Counted from the stretch's first letter, positions 1-11,548 are shown. The stretch is 64,000 nucleotides of DNA from Escherichia coli (GCF_003790525.1 NZ_CP033636.1); one strand, 5' to 3'. Program-made: numbers and translations. The notes: generated by a model not told the origin, from the letters alone.

Positions 1-118
1 CTCTATAATTGCTGTTTTATTCGGTAAGTCTATCTTTAAAAAAGCTAAAACAAAAATATAGAGTTAATTAGATTGGTGGCTCAGGTTTATAAAACCTCTC
101 ACTAGTGAGGTTTATTTT

Positions 119-745
119 TTATTTTTGGCTGAGATTAACAGCGTTTTCCATAAATGTATCAATAACAACCGTAAGAGACTGGCTGGTACCATGGCTATAC
201 TCAGGCCAGGGTAAAAAAGGATATGAAGAATACGCCATCAACATGATACTGGTTGGGCAACGCCAGTCCGTTGGAACACCTTTACTGTAATGGACAATCA
301 TAGCCGGGCGACTACAATCAATATCTCCAGCGTTTTTATCGAGTACGAAAGTAGCCAGAACGCCGGTGTCCTTCTGGGATACGAAAACAAGGCTGTCAGT
401 AAAAATAAAGGCCATTAAGGAAGAGGCCAGGAAAGCGCCAGTAAATAAGGACTTCTTCTCTTTCCAAACGCGTCGAGCATATAACCCCATTAGCGCTACC
501 GCTGAAACCATTCCGTACCACTGAGCACCCAAAGAAAAATCTGTTACTGTTTTAGATGTCATACTTTCATTAATAGTAATCATTGCGACAATGAATGGTG
601 ATGCGATTCCAAGTGTTGCTAGGACTATCAGCGATATTTCAGACCGGTTTTCTTTAGCGGATCCTTTACTTATTGCAGACATTGCTCTGAACATAACGAA
701 TGTACTGTTGAGCATCAGAAAACAGCATAAGAGCATGTATAACAT
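119..745 (-). CDS. hypothetical polytopic membrane protein
   Basis: 208-aa ORF with several long hydrophobic segments; no recognisable catalytic motif. Confidence 0.35.
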   Translation of the reverse strand: MLYMLLCCFLMLNSTFVMFRAMSAISKGSAKENRSEISLIVLATLGIASPFIVAMITINESMTSKTVTDFSLGAQWYGMVSAVALMGLYARRVWKEKKSLFTGAFLASSLMAFIFTDSLVFVSQKDTGVLATFVLDKNAGDIDCSRPAMIVHYSKGVPTDWRCPTSIMLMAYSSYPFLPWPEYSHGTSQSLTVVIDTFMENAVNLSQK

Positions 746-885
746 TGGGTTTCCTCAACCTAGAAGTGATGGTTTCCCTGTTATTTTACATAAATTTGAC
801 TCAACAGATGCTTTTAAAATCTCGCTTCCTTGAATTTACAAACATATCAGCACAATTGGCAAACATAAAGGAGCAGCGTCTATCA

Positions 886-896
886 AAAGTTACTTT
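886..896. repeat. AAAGTWACTTT palindrome copy
   Basis: exact aaagttacttt in intergenic DNA upstream of the 1118 gene. Confidence 0.6.
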
Positions 897-950
897 TATG
901 ATTGGTTGAATACTCATTTTGAAGGCTAAAATCCAAAAAAGTGGATACAA

Positions 951-961
951 AAAGTTACTTT
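951..961. repeat. AAAGTWACTTT palindrome copy
   Basis: exact aaagttacttt, 65 bp from the previous copy. Confidence 0.6.
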
Positions 962-1117
962 TGCGTCATCCAGATGCACTGCCGCCATTTTGCATTCTGT
1001 ACGTTGGTTGCTTTCTCACTTGATGTCTCTTTTAACAGGCAAATTATCACTTTATCCGACCGGACCTTGTAGGCTGAATCCGTAGAATAAGGCTATAACC
1101 TATTCCCGGAGCATCAT

Positions 1118-3574
1118 ATGCGTAAAACTCTAATTGGCTGCATGGTTGCAACTGCCCTTGCTACTGTATCTTCGGCACATGCTCAGGTATTTAGCTACTC
1201 ATTTACAGATACCAATAAGGCTGTTCGGAATATCAAACCTGCAACACAAACATATCTTAATCCCGCTGGTGTTTTGACTCTGAACTTGATATCGGGTCTT
1301 GATCGGTACGAGCGAGTGACGGTCACACGAGACAGCGATAAAAAGGTTATGTATTCCTCCGTCTCGACCAAAACGAGCGTTGCAGATCGTATCGTTGCTG
1401 CCGATGGAACAGAATACTATGGAAAGGATATGGTTCTACCGGCGCTCGGAGAAGGGACCTTTACTGTAGTCAATGAAACTCTGGATATTCGCCAGACTGT
1501 AGTGAGCACATCTACTTATCATTTCATCGTTGATACAACTCCTCCACGCTATAAGAGTATTTATCCGAGTCAAAACGCAGGTTACGACATGGTACTTTCT
1601 GGGCCACTTTGGGAGTTGGGCCGAGGCGGTAGTGGCCAGTTTTCTATATTTGCAGACGGTATTGAGGATGCTAGTGGAATTGACAAGATCCGTCTTGTCA
1701 TTAAACGAAGTAATGGTTCTGTGGTCTCCGACAATAACCTGAGTTATGACACAGCCAATAAACGTGCGTTCTATCCGTGGATTAAAGATATGAACACCCA
1801 GGCTGGCATGCCCTCAAGTGATCTTGATGAAGAATTCACCTTCAATTTCATCGTTACGGACCTGGCAGGAAATACGCTTAACATTCCTCCCCAGCGGTTT
1901 TTATATGACGATCAAATGGGAGAATTTACGCCATTTGCAGTTCATGACTCACGTGTAAGCACCAGTGTTGTACCCGGCATTTCTTCGGGATACGTCCCGT
2001 TTAAACGAGGCCTTACAGTGCTGGAAAACCCCTACAAGTTGGTTATACGTATCCCAAGAACTAACTGGAAGCCATATCGAAATGGTGGCATGAGCATTAC
2101 CAATAACTATGGCGGAGTACAGGTCCTTTCCGAAGATGCCACCTATGTCTACGTGGAAGTTAAGCTGCCACAGGGTGCCTTAGATGGAAACTACTATAGA
2201 CCTGTGAATACATATCAATGGTCTGGAGGAGATCTTGGTCAGTATGCCAGCTGGCTCAACTGGGATCCTGCCTCTGTAAAGAGTCCGGCTTGGGGAAGTT
2301 CACCCATAGAACGACAAAAGGCTGATGGAACATGGTTCAACAGCGTAAACTGGAACCTGTTCAAGGCATCTGATATGCCTATAAAACTTACTAATATCCG
2401 ATTCAATGTACAGGCCAGGCCATATGATCAAAAAATCACTGGCGGAGCAACATGCAGTATTCCAGCTGGCTCAACAACCTGTACCGTCTCTTTGCCCCAG
2501 GATATTATAAATGGCACTACCGGTTATCTTCATAGTGGCTATGAAGTAAGGTCAACCACCGAAGCAACCTTCTTTGCCCCTATATGGGAGAATATAGCCT
2601 GGCATACACTGGGTCCCTCCGTCACTGGATTTGATTACAATGAAACCACCAACATTCTCCAGGTTTACGTGAATCAACCTGGAGATGGTTCATATTTCGA
2701 CCATGTTTATGTAAATCGAGTTTGGTTGTCAGATAAAAACCGTAACAACGCAGAAATAAGCGTAACCGGCAAACAAACAGGTAGAAATATGGCGTCTGGG
2801 AACTACACGTATGAGTTCAACATGAAAGAGGTACCAGAAGGCAGTTATAACGTGGTGATTAATGCCCAAGATACATTCAACAATACCGGTAACCTCCCTT
2901 ATCAAACAGTTGTCGTTGATAATACAGCACCATCTGTAAGTATTAGCTACGAAGGAAAACCGATCAGCAAAAACGTAACAGTATATGGGCTGGAGAACGT
3001 CCGTATACAGCTCACCGATGCTCTAACTAAACCATCCTTAAGCCGTATGACTCTTCGCGGTGGCCCTGTTTCTGATGCGGTGGAATTGTCTTGGGTGAAT
3101 CTGGGAAACAACCTGTATGCACCTAATTATCCCAAGATCTTTCCGTCTCTTAATGAAGGCGAAACATACACTCTCACAGTTCAGGCCAAAGATGAGATGA
3201 ACAACGTTAAAGAAAGCTCAGTCGAATTTAACTACCTTCCAAACAATCTCGTCAGGCTAGAGAATCTGAAAACCTTAGCTGTCAATGCTTCTCTCAAAAC
3301 ATCTGACAATACTGCTCTGGCTGTTCTGTATGCCAGCCAGCTGCGTAAAAAGGATGGTTCAATCGCTACAGGGCTTCAGGACGCAGTGCTTACTGTCCGT
3401 AAGGACGCTGCATTCGGCGTGACTGTAAATGGCGTTTCTGCGATGCCAGGTGAAAGCAAAGAGCTTCAACTGGATTTGGGGCTCGGGGACAGCCGTAGCT
3501 TTCCTATTTTCCCTGCTGTATCCGGCCTTACTGGCAGATCTGAGTTCATGATTAACATTGAAGAATTAAAATAA
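1118..3574 (+). CDS. secreted large Ig-like-domain protein, paralog A
   Basis: 818-aa ORF; signal-peptide-like N-terminus MRKTLIGCMVATALATVSSAHA; DxTxP motifs (VDTTPP, VDNTAPSVS) typical of bacterial Ig-like domains; conserved N- and C-terminal blocks shared with 7768..10188 and 13809..16199. Confidence 0.6.
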   Translation: MRKTLIGCMVATALATVSSAHAQVFSYSFTDTNKAVRNIKPATQTYLNPAGVLTLNLISGLDRYERVTVTRDSDKKVMYSSVSTKTSVADRIVAADGTEYYGKDMVLPALGEGTFTVVNETLDIRQTVVSTSTYHFIVDTTPPRYKSIYPSQNAGYDMVLSGPLWELGRGGSGQFSIFADGIEDASGIDKIRLVIKRSNGSVVSDNNLSYDTANKRAFYPWIKDMNTQAGMPSSDLDEEFTFNFIVTDLAGNTLNIPPQRFLYDDQMGEFTPFAVHDSRVSTSVVPGISSGYVPFKRGLTVLENPYKLVIRIPRTNWKPYRNGGMSITNNYGGVQVLSEDATYVYVEVKLPQGALDGNYYRPVNTYQWSGGDLGQYASWLNWDPASVKSPAWGSSPIERQKADGTWFNSVNWNLFKASDMPIKLTNIRFNVQARPYDQKITGGATCSIPAGSTTCTVSLPQDIINGTTGYLHSGYEVRSTTEATFFAPIWENIAWHTLGPSVTGFDYNETTNILQVYVNQPGDGSYFDHVYVNRVWLSDKNRNNAEISVTGKQTGRNMASGNYTYEFNMKEVPEGSYNVVINAQDTFNNTGNLPYQTVVVDNTAPSVSISYEGKPISKNVTVYGLENVRIQLTDALTKPSLSRMTLRGGPVSDAVELSWVNLGNNLYAPNYPKIFPSLNEGETYTLTVQAKDEMNNVKESSVEFNYLPNNLVRLENLKTLAVNASLKTSDNTALAVLYASQLRKKDGSIATGLQDAVLTVRKDAAFGVTVNGVSAMPGESKELQLDLGLGDSRSFPIFPAVSGLTGRSEFMINIEELK

Positions 3575-3930
3575 AGCAGGGCTGTTTTGCTGAAGCACAA
3601 CGGCCGCCTTCTGATGCGCCGTAGCCCATGTTGTTGCAAATCAGTCCGACGTTCATTGCGTAAGTAACGCTTACTGCGGACCATGGTAGTGATTAGACTC
3701 ACTACCATGGTCATTTCACCACATATCTTCTCTGCATTGCTCTTGTTGGGCAGACTAGTAACTCGTCACTAAATTGCAGCTTTTGTCTTGCTAAGTCGCT
3801 GGTATAACTGCACTACGAAATCGTCAAAAGATTTTATCCCTCATGTAGATCCAATAAATGATCCCAAAGGTGCCAGAGAGTACAAAGAAGATCCCGGTAC
3901 GCTGTAGGCCGCATGGTTACTGGGCTGGAG

Positions 3931-4470
3931 CATTGTCACTGACAACAGTAGCGACATAAGTGACAACGGGAGTGACTTAAAAGACAATGGTAGAGACTAT
4001 TTCGACGTTGGTAATGATTTTAAGTGACAATGGTAGTGAGGTTAGACTTAAACTTCCACTGTGAGGTAAGGTGACTCGCATTATTTAAATAAATCATTAC
4101 TTTCAATTACTTGCGACACGAGTCTGCATGTATGCTTCTATTTCTCAAAAATTTATCCACCGAAAATGCCTGTGGCTGTGATTTAGCTTTGACGACAGTT
4201 TTTATCAGGGAGGCAAGTTGAGACCTGTATAAGAACTAAGCATTTATTTATCCCCATTTTCCACAAGGTAGTTCCAATAATTAGTACCTTAGTGTTCCTG
4301 ATAGATCAAAAGAGATCCCCGCTGCCTCCAGGCCAGACGGCACAAGGCCTGAGACGTGATCAGTGACAACAGTAGTGATTATTTTGACATTAGTAGTGAT
4401 TATTATAACGTTGGTAATGAGTTTTTTGACATCAGTAGTGATCAGAGCGACAATAGTAGTGACTTTTCAT
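3931..4470. repeat. upstream iteron clusters, candidate oriV
   Basis: two clusters (about 3931-4080 and 4360-4470) of direct repeats of the form TGACAAYRGTAGTGA at roughly 20-bp spacing, flanking an AT-rich stretch and a DnaA-box-like site, immediately upstream of repA. Confidence 0.65.
4153..4161. promoter_or_regulatory. DnaA-box-like site
   Basis: ttatccacc, one mismatch from the TTATCCACA consensus, between the iteron clusters. Confidence 0.4.
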
Positions 4471-4681
4471 TAGATCTTTTTAACTTGATCTGATCCGTTG
4501 TTGATAAGAGTTGCAGGTCATTGTATGCAAAGAGTTTTTGCCAAGTTTTAATGAGTGGAGTCGTTTTTTTAGGTAGAACTTATGCACAGATATGGATCAT
4601 CACAATGATCCATCCAGTGACATAGAGTTCGCTGGGGCTTACTATTCACCAATCTGTTTACACATTCAGTGATAACTTATT

Positions 4682-5770
4682 ATGACTAAAGAGAAAGATA
4701 CTGAGCAGCAGGACCTGGTCACCAGGGCTTTCTCTGTTAGAGAGAAAGAATCAGGTAAAGACATCATTTTGCGTCCTAACAGCAACCGTACGGTGCAGTC
4801 TATTGCTTTGATGCGGCTCGGGCTGTTCGTCCCATCACCAAAGAGTGTGGGGCGTCAAAATCGGGAATATAAAACGGTTGGCTTTGACGCAACGAAAGAG
4901 TTACAGACGCTCTCTTTAATGGAGAGCGAGGGGTTCACCAATATTTCAATTGTCGGTGAGCGTCTTAATATGTCAGTAGATTTTAAGACGTGGATGGGCA
5001 TCATTCGAACCTATGCCAATCATCCGATTAACAATGACACGATAAGCTTAAAATTCACTGAATTCCTCAAGCTATGTACGCCTGAAAATTATCGCTCATC
5101 TACAGCGTCCAGAAAACGTATAGACGCCTCCTTACGCAGGTTAGCATCCGTTACCTTGTCGTTCACCAGTAATAACTCGTCCAAAGTCTATACAACGCAT
5201 CTGGTACAGTCTGCCCTGTTAGACCCGGAATCAGATCAGGTTGTCCTTCAGGTTGATCCTAAGATTTTCGAGCTCTATCAATACGATCATAAGGTTTTGA
5301 TGCAGCTGAAGGCAATTAAGGAGTTGGCCAAGAAGGAAAGCGCCCAGGCTCTCTATACGTTCATAGAGTCATTACCGCCAAATCCTATACCGATATCCCT
5401 TACTCGGCTGAAAAATCGTCTGAACCTCAAAACACGAGCAAATAGTCAGAATGCTACCGTGAGAAAGGCTCTTGAAGAGTTGGCATCGATAGGATACCTC
5501 AAGTACACCGAAATTAAGAAAGACGGAAAAGTATACTTCCAGATTCATAAGCGGGATCCCGATCTGAATTTGAACAATACTCAGCCTCCTTTAGAAGTGG
5601 TTGAAGATGAAGAAGAGAACTCAGGGTCTTCTGTTTTAGAAGGTGAGTTATGCCCACCAGCTGACCCGATTGACGGCGATGATGTTCTTACCGTCCATGA
5701 TTTAACCGCTGAAGAACTGCGCTATATTCGTAGTCTTCGAAGCCAGAAAAAGAACAGCAACGCCAGCTAA
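4682..5770 (+). CDS. repA: iteron-type replication initiator RepA, RepFIB/RepHI1B-like
   Basis: 362-aa ORF; blocks VQSIALMRLGLFVP, DFKTWMGII and RESAQALYTFIESLP match the RepFIB-type RepA family as I recall it; iterons on both sides. Confidence 0.8.
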   Translation: MTKEKDTEQQDLVTRAFSVREKESGKDIILRPNSNRTVQSIALMRLGLFVPSPKSVGRQNREYKTVGFDATKELQTLSLMESEGFTNISIVGERLNMSVDFKTWMGIIRTYANHPINNDTISLKFTEFLKLCTPENYRSSTASRKRIDASLRRLASVTLSFTSNNSSKVYTTHLVQSALLDPESDQVVLQVDPKIFELYQYDHKVLMQLKAIKELAKKESAQALYTFIESLPPNPIPISLTRLKNRLNLKTRANSQNATVRKALEELASIGYLKYTEIKKDGKVYFQIHKRDPDLNLNNTQPPLEVVEDEEENSGSSVLEGELCPPADPIDGDDVLTVHDLTAEELRYIRSLRSQKKNSNAS

Positions 5771-6010
5771 AGTTAACCCGGCGGTTTAGGCTCCGGGTGC
5801 TAAATTACTTCTTCGATTTTCGTTAGTCCCAGCCCGCTCTTTCACGTCAACGGTAATGAGTCAAAAGTCATTACCGTTGTCATTGTTCTCTACCACCCTA
5901 TGTAGATCGAGATTGCGAAATTCAACGCTTTCTCCTGAGTCACCTGTTAACACCCGGTTTCTACGCTTTACTTCATTGGCCAGTACATCCAACGGAAAAT
6001 ATCGTAACGG

Positions 6011-7600
6011 GGTGACAATGGCAGTGAGTTGACCCACTCACTACCATCGACATTCAAATCCCGGCTTCTCTGGTAGCTATAGTGACAATGGTAATGATGT
6101 GTACCTTACTGGCATTGTCATTGTCCTCCGAGTGTGCGTTCAGCTTTGGGAGGACACCGGAACTTAATGCGGCGAGTCACGGCCATTGTGAATCTCGATT
6201 GGATTGGCGAATACGGCTTCCGGTTGGGCCAGATGTCAATGGTTATGCTTCATCCAGCTCATTACTGTAGTCATTGCCGTTCAGTTGAGCTGATGCTCCT
6301 CTCATTCTATATGGCGACAACGGTAGTGAGCCCAGAAAGTGACTACCGTTGTCATGGCCGTCCAGTAGAGCGGGTCAACCTCTTAACTCACAGGGTGACA
6401 ACGGTATTGAGCCCAGAAAGTCACTACCGTTGTCATGGCCGTCTGGTTAAGCAGATCATCCTCTCAATTCACAGGGTGACAATGGTAGTGAGCCTATTAA
6501 GTCATTACCGTTGTCATTGCCATCCAGAAGAGCGGATGATCCTCTCAATTCATACGGCGACAATGGCAGTGAGCCCAGCAAGTCACTTCCGTTGTCATAG
6601 CCTTCCAGAAGAGCAGATGAGCCTCTTAATTAACAGGGTGACAACGGTAGTGAGCTCATTAAGTCATTACCATTGTCATGGACGTACAGCTGAGCTGCTC
6701 ATCCTCTCAATTCACACACCGACAATGGTAGTGAGCTATTAAAGTCACTACCATTGTCATATACGTCCAGTTAAGTGGACCATCCTCTCAATACACACGG
6801 TGACAACGGTAGTGAGCCATTAGAATCACTACCGTTGTCATTGCTTTTCAGGTGCACTGATAAGGCTCTCAATAGACACGACGACAATGGCAGTGAGCAA
6901 TTAGAGTCACTACCGTTGTCATTGCTTTCAGCTGAGCTGATAAGGTACGTCATTTACACGATGACAATGGCAGTGAGCCAATCGAGTCACTACCGTTGTT
7001 AATGCCGACCAACCGAGGGAAGGGTCCGCTCAAAGAACTGAGTGACAACAGTAGTGAGATCATCCAATCACTACCATTGTCAGCTTAAACCTGTAGGACG
7101 AAGAGGCTTGTCCGATAAAATGACGACAATGGAAATGAGCCTATCCATCACTACCACTGTCATTAAAGTCCAGCGGTTCAACGTTAATCAGTAGCTCCGG
7201 ATGACAATGGTTGTGAGTCAGGCAATTCCCAAGCATTAGGTGACAGCAGCGTAACACCTCTAAGCTCACTTCTGTTGTCAGGGGTTAGGGTATTGAGTCT
7301 CTACCGTCGTCAGTGTTTCTGAGACACCAGTATTGCAGATCACTACAATTGTCACTTAAATATCGACGGGGGAGTAGATGCAAGTGACTGGCTAACCAGT
7401 ACCAGTTTAGATTCAAAACGATCCCATCTTTGTGGATGCGCTTGAGTAAGCTCGTATGACGATATGTCAGAGAAGTGACAACAGGTGTGAGTTGCCGGAC
7501 TCACTCCCGTTGTCATCCCCGGTTGAAGGAAGAGAATCCCCGGGGCTGTATATTTACCAGGTATCCTTACTCAAGGGGTTCGACACTCACTCCCATTGTC
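6011..7600. repeat. downstream array of ~80-bp repeats, each with a palindromic RepA-site-like core
   Basis: about 18 units of GTGACAAYGGTAGTGAG-N7-9-TCACTACCRTTGTCA separated by related ~40-bp spacers; units decay toward 7600; same core as the upstream iterons. Confidence 0.8.
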
Positions 7601-7653
7601 GTAATCAACGAGTATGCATTGTCTTTTGAAAGCATCGCTGGAAACGTACGATT

Positions 7654-7664
7654 AAAGTAACTTT
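7654..7664. repeat. AAAGTWACTTT palindrome copy
   Basis: exact aaagtaacttt between the repeat array and the 3' end of the 7768..10188 gene. Confidence 0.6.
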
Positions 7665-7767
7665 TCTTTCGGTTCTTCCTTGCGAATCTCTGAAGACGTA
7701 CTGGCTGATCGGAGTCGAGGAGGGCAGTAAAATTGAAGCCGTCAGTTTTACTGTCGGCTCCGGGTAG

Positions 7768-10188
7768 TTACTTCAACTCGTCGATCTGAATCATGAATTC
7801 TGAGGTGCCAACTTTCCCATTTTCGGAAGGATAAACGGGTAACAGAAGATTATCCCCCTGGCCCATATCTATTTGCACCTCAACTGACTCGCCTGGAGCC
7901 GCCTGTGCCCCATTAAATTTAATACCGAAGGCTGCATCCTTCCGCACAGTCAGCGTTGCGTTCTGGACCCCTTTAGCAATTTCTCCATTTGTCTTACGCA
8001 GAACGTTAGTGGACAGGTACGCAAGTGGTACGCCATCTGTCGTTTTGAGAGGTGAACTGACCGACAATGTGCGTAGATTATGTAACTGCACAAGGTTATT
8101 CGGTAGATAACTGAACTTCTGAGTATAGGTTTTGGTATTCGACTGACTATCGGCAACTGTTACGCTAATTGAATAATTTTCAGATGGTTCGAAATTTGGG
8201 AACAGCCTCGGATACTCAGGCATGTATGTATCTTTGCCTGCCGGTGACCACGTAAGCTCAACGTTATCAGCTGTGGGGCCACCTACGAGCTGAAGACGGG
8301 TTATCCTCGGGGTTGTCAGATTATCTGCCAGAGCGATCCTGAGGTTCTCCAGGCCGTACACTACCGTATCGTCTTTTACCGGCTTTCCGTCGAATGTTAT
8401 GGCCACTGTCGGAGGAGTGTTATCCAGAGCAATTTCTCCGAAAGTTTTATTGGTCTGGTTCTGGAAGAAGTCCCTGATGTTGACCTCAACGTTGTATTTT
8501 CCTTCAGACTGACGGGATAAATCATAAGCAATCGTGTAGTTACCTGAGATACGAGATTTGATTACGCCTGTTGGTGACATCCGGGTACCGGTGTTCTTAT
8601 CGGAAAGATAAAATTCCCTCAATGAGACCGAGTCGAACCAGTTACCATCGCCTTCAAGTGACGCCAGTACATCCAGCTGCTTGTTAGTCTCGTCATATGA
8701 TATCGAGTTTATTACCGGCAGTTGTTTATTGTTCCAGCGTGTCATAATCCATTGCTCAGACCGCAAAATGGGATTGCTGATGCTGCGAACGAAGTAAAGG
8801 ATTCTATTGTAGCCCTGGGTACCCAAGGCCATATCAAACGTCTCAGGCGCTTCACACGAGGTTTTTCCTGCCGGAATGGTGCAGGTCGCCTTACCGCCGA
8901 TCTCCTGTGCAAAGGGCCGGGCTTCAACGTTAAAACGAAGTCGGGAAATTTTAATTGGCAGTCGTGATGAAGCCACACTCTCAAAATCCTTCCACTTAAC
9001 CCAGTTCCCCTTATCATCGAGGAAATCTACCCAGGTACCCGCAAATGCAGGCGTTTGGTTTGCAGATGGGTTTAGAACGAGGCTGTATGACGGATAATAC
9101 CCTCCCCACTGGCCAAAGTTCGCCATACGAGCCATATCCCCATTAATTGAGCCATAGGGAAGAGTCATTTCAACATAAGCATAAGTGCTGTCTACAGCTA
9201 TCTCTTTGGGGGCGGAATATTGATTGATGAACTGAAGCCCACCTTCTGAATAAGCACGGTAGTTAGATTTTGGGATCCGGTAGACTAATCGAATAGGGTT
9301 TTCGTTAACGACCATACCGGCTTTGTAAGCCGGATAATTAGAAACCCCGGGTACGACGCTGGAAGACGTATTTGGATCATGAACGGCCCACAGTGTCATC
9401 TCACCCAGCGTGTTGTCGTAGCGAAATTTTTGAGTTGGCAGCGTTCGGCTATTACCTGCGTTATCGAAGATAACAACTTTTGCAGTAAAGTCTTCATCCA
9501 GGTTGCTGTCTGGTATTCCGGTTCCCTTAACTGAATTCTTAGAGTAAGTGTGGTACATCTTTTGGCCGGATACGTCATACTGCATCTGTGTAGTGCTGTA
9601 GAGGCTACCGTCCTGCCTGTAAATATATATTAGGCCCTTATCAATACCATTTGCATCACTTACGCCCGAAGAGGTGAAGTCATACTGCCCCGTTGCCTCT
9701 AATCCAAGCTTCCACACGTCACCAGCGGTAGAGCCAGAACCAGTATTAGCGGTAAGAGCATTTGCCGCTGGAGGGGTGACATCAATTAGCCAGTTATAGT
9801 TATAGGTCGCTACAGGCTTCTGATTGAGATCTAACACGTTTATCTGAACGACAAATTTGCCTTCACCCAAAGCAGGCAAAGTTACTTTTTTGCCGTAGAA
9901 CTCACTACCGTCAGCAGCTGTTAGTCGGTCTGATACACCCGTCCGTGTAGTCGTAGTATTAAGAATGACAGTTCCAGTGTCTTTCGTGACTTTGACATTA
10001 ACGAAACGATCAAGACCTGAAATAAGTGTCAAAGTTACCGGTGATGCCGGATTAAGCATAAGACGAGAAGACGGGGCGTGGATCTCAATACCGTTCGTGT
10101 CCTTAAAGGCCGATTCATATATCTGAGCTGGGGCCTGAACAGACATACCGAGTCCGGCTACAGCAGTAATAAAAGCGAGATGTTTCAT
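7768..10188 (-). CDS. secreted large Ig-like-domain protein, paralog B
   Basis: 806-aa ORF; signal-peptide-like N-terminus MKHLAFITAVAGLGMSVQAPA; motifs IDVTPP and LDNTPPTVA; C-terminal block FSYLPNNLVQLHNLRTL...TVRKDAAFG shared with paralogs. Confidence 0.6.
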   Translation of the reverse strand: MKHLAFITAVAGLGMSVQAPAQIYESAFKDTNGIEIHAPSSRLMLNPASPVTLTLISGLDRFVNVKVTKDTGTVILNTTTTRTGVSDRLTAADGSEFYGKKVTLPALGEGKFVVQINVLDLNQKPVATYNYNWLIDVTPPAANALTANTGSGSTAGDVWKLGLEATGQYDFTSSGVSDANGIDKGLIYIYRQDGSLYSTTQMQYDVSGQKMYHTYSKNSVKGTGIPDSNLDEDFTAKVVIFDNAGNSRTLPTQKFRYDNTLGEMTLWAVHDPNTSSSVVPGVSNYPAYKAGMVVNENPIRLVYRIPKSNYRAYSEGGLQFINQYSAPKEIAVDSTYAYVEMTLPYGSINGDMARMANFGQWGGYYPSYSLVLNPSANQTPAFAGTWVDFLDDKGNWVKWKDFESVASSRLPIKISRLRFNVEARPFAQEIGGKATCTIPAGKTSCEAPETFDMALGTQGYNRILYFVRSISNPILRSEQWIMTRWNNKQLPVINSISYDETNKQLDVLASLEGDGNWFDSVSLREFYLSDKNTGTRMSPTGVIKSRISGNYTIAYDLSRQSEGKYNVEVNIRDFFQNQTNKTFGEIALDNTPPTVAITFDGKPVKDDTVVYGLENLRIALADNLTTPRITRLQLVGGPTADNVELTWSPAGKDTYMPEYPRLFPNFEPSENYSISVTVADSQSNTKTYTQKFSYLPNNLVQLHNLRTLSVSSPLKTTDGVPLAYLSTNVLRKTNGEIAKGVQNATLTVRKDAAFGIKFNGAQAAPGESVEVQIDMGQGDNLLLPVYPSENGKVGTSEFMIQIDELK

Positions 10189-10652
10189 TCTTATTCCCCT
10201 TTAGGTTTGGTGTTATTTTAAGCTTTTCCTAAAGGTCACTATGTTCGTAAAAGTATAAAAAACTTCTCCATATGGTGCTCGAAATTACAAATCTATAATT
10301 TGCCTTTCGACAAACCTTATTGTGCGTTCAGGACGTAAATCTTTCTTTTTGGAATTACATCTGACATTGCTGTGGTATCCAAACTGGCAACGATTGCAAA
10401 ACTTATAACATTAGCCTGAAACTATCGGCATCCACATATCGCATTAAGTGATGCTTTTACTTTGTGTAAAAAAGAATCAGGATAAATTAGGTATGACAGA
10501 TATAAATGCGTTAACGGACGGCATATATGAATCAAAACCTGGCGGTATTACGCCACCAGTCGAGAGGGGAGTGAACCTCAGTCAGTACGTCTACCTTCGT
10601 TCCGCAAGGCGCTTCTTGTTGTGAATTACAAACTGCCCTGGCGAGAACTGCA

Positions 10653-11264
10653 TCATTTCACCCCCAGCAACACACGTGCCTCTTCAACGGTTTGCCACGA
10701 AGGCATTGCTACGCCAGATTGACTGCCGTTGCCTCTGCGCTCACCGGTGTCACATTCTACATAAAGACGCATCAGCATCGCTTCTATTTCAGCGGCCCGG
10801 CTATTATCCATTACCAGTTCTGCTGCGCGTCGTAGCTGTTCTGGAATGTCATTCCACATTCCCGCACCACTTCTGTCTTTGTTAGTGAGCAAGTCTTCAA
10901 TAGCAGATGAAGCCATGTTAAGCAGGTCAGCCGAAACTAAAGGCATCGGCGGGGCGGTATAGAGGATTCGACGTCTTCCGCGTCTGTCTGGATCGTATTT
11001 ATCATAAAAAGCTTTGTTCACATCTTCCCAGTGCCACTGAAGTTGCCCGGTTGCGTCATGGTGGCAAAACTCGCACTGATAAACAGGCGCAATCGACATA
11101 ACTGCCTTTCCAATACGTGCCAGTACAGCAACTTCGTCAGCTCTAAGACTCATTGCTTCGCTTGGGTTACTACCCTCGGAAAATTCCAAAATTTGTTCAA
11201 TACGTTCTGGTGTGAAAGTGGTCATAGGCTTTGAAAACATATTTTTTCCAGTTGTGCTTACCAT
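10653..11264 (-). CDS. hypothetical protein, last gene of a minus-strand four-gene cluster
   Basis: 203-aa ORF downstream of the methyltransferase gene on the same strand; start codon uncertain. Confidence 0.45.
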   Translation of the reverse strand: MVSTTGKNMFSKPMTTFTPERIEQILEFSEGSNPSEAMSLRADEVAVLARIGKAVMSIAPVYQCEFCHHDATGQLQWHWEDVNKAFYDKYDPDRRGRRRILYTAPPMPLVSADLLNMASSAIEDLLTNKDRSGAGMWNDIPEQLRRAAELVMDNSRAAEIEAMLMRLYVECDTGERRGNGSQSGVAMPSWQTVEEARVLLGVK

Positions 11265-11284
11265 ATCATCAGGCCTTAAGAGCG

Positions 11285-11548
11285 TTAGCGAATAATTAAC
11301 AGGTCAGGACCAAAACTAAATCCTTCCCCCATACGGTCTTCATGACGGGAGACATATGCCTTACCGTATTTCTCCAGATCCTGTAAGCGATCTTTTGCCA
11401 GATTCCACGAGTATTCCTGGCCCCACACGGGTCCGTCACGCCCGTCAAAGCGGTCAGGTTTACAATTTGCTTTCAGAAGTGCGTAGACATGCTCCAGCGT
11501 GGGTAGCTGCAAAGCACTATTAGCCTGAGAAACGGCAGTATGCGTCAT
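11285..11548 (-). CDS. hypothetical small protein
   Basis: 87-aa ORF packed between neighbouring minus-strand genes. Confidence 0.4.
   Translation of the reverse strand: MTHTAVSQANSALQLPTLEHVYALLKANCKPDRFDGRDGPVWGQEYSWNLAKDRLQDLEKYGKAYVSRHEDRMGEGFSFGPDLLIIR

Noticed and set aside
6134-6742. 202-aa ORF and other short ORFs (6082..6270, 6771..6953, 6775..7002) inside the downstream repeat array
   Set aside because: Their translations are periodic (HYRCHGR and similar) because they simply read through the ~80-bp tandem repeats; no RBS, and the region is better explained as non-coding iterons.
6011-7600. Possible CRISPR array, given regularly spaced repeats
   Set aside because: The repeat units are palindromic and the intervening segments are themselves related to one another rather than unique; no leader or cas genes; the core matches the iterons upstream of repA.
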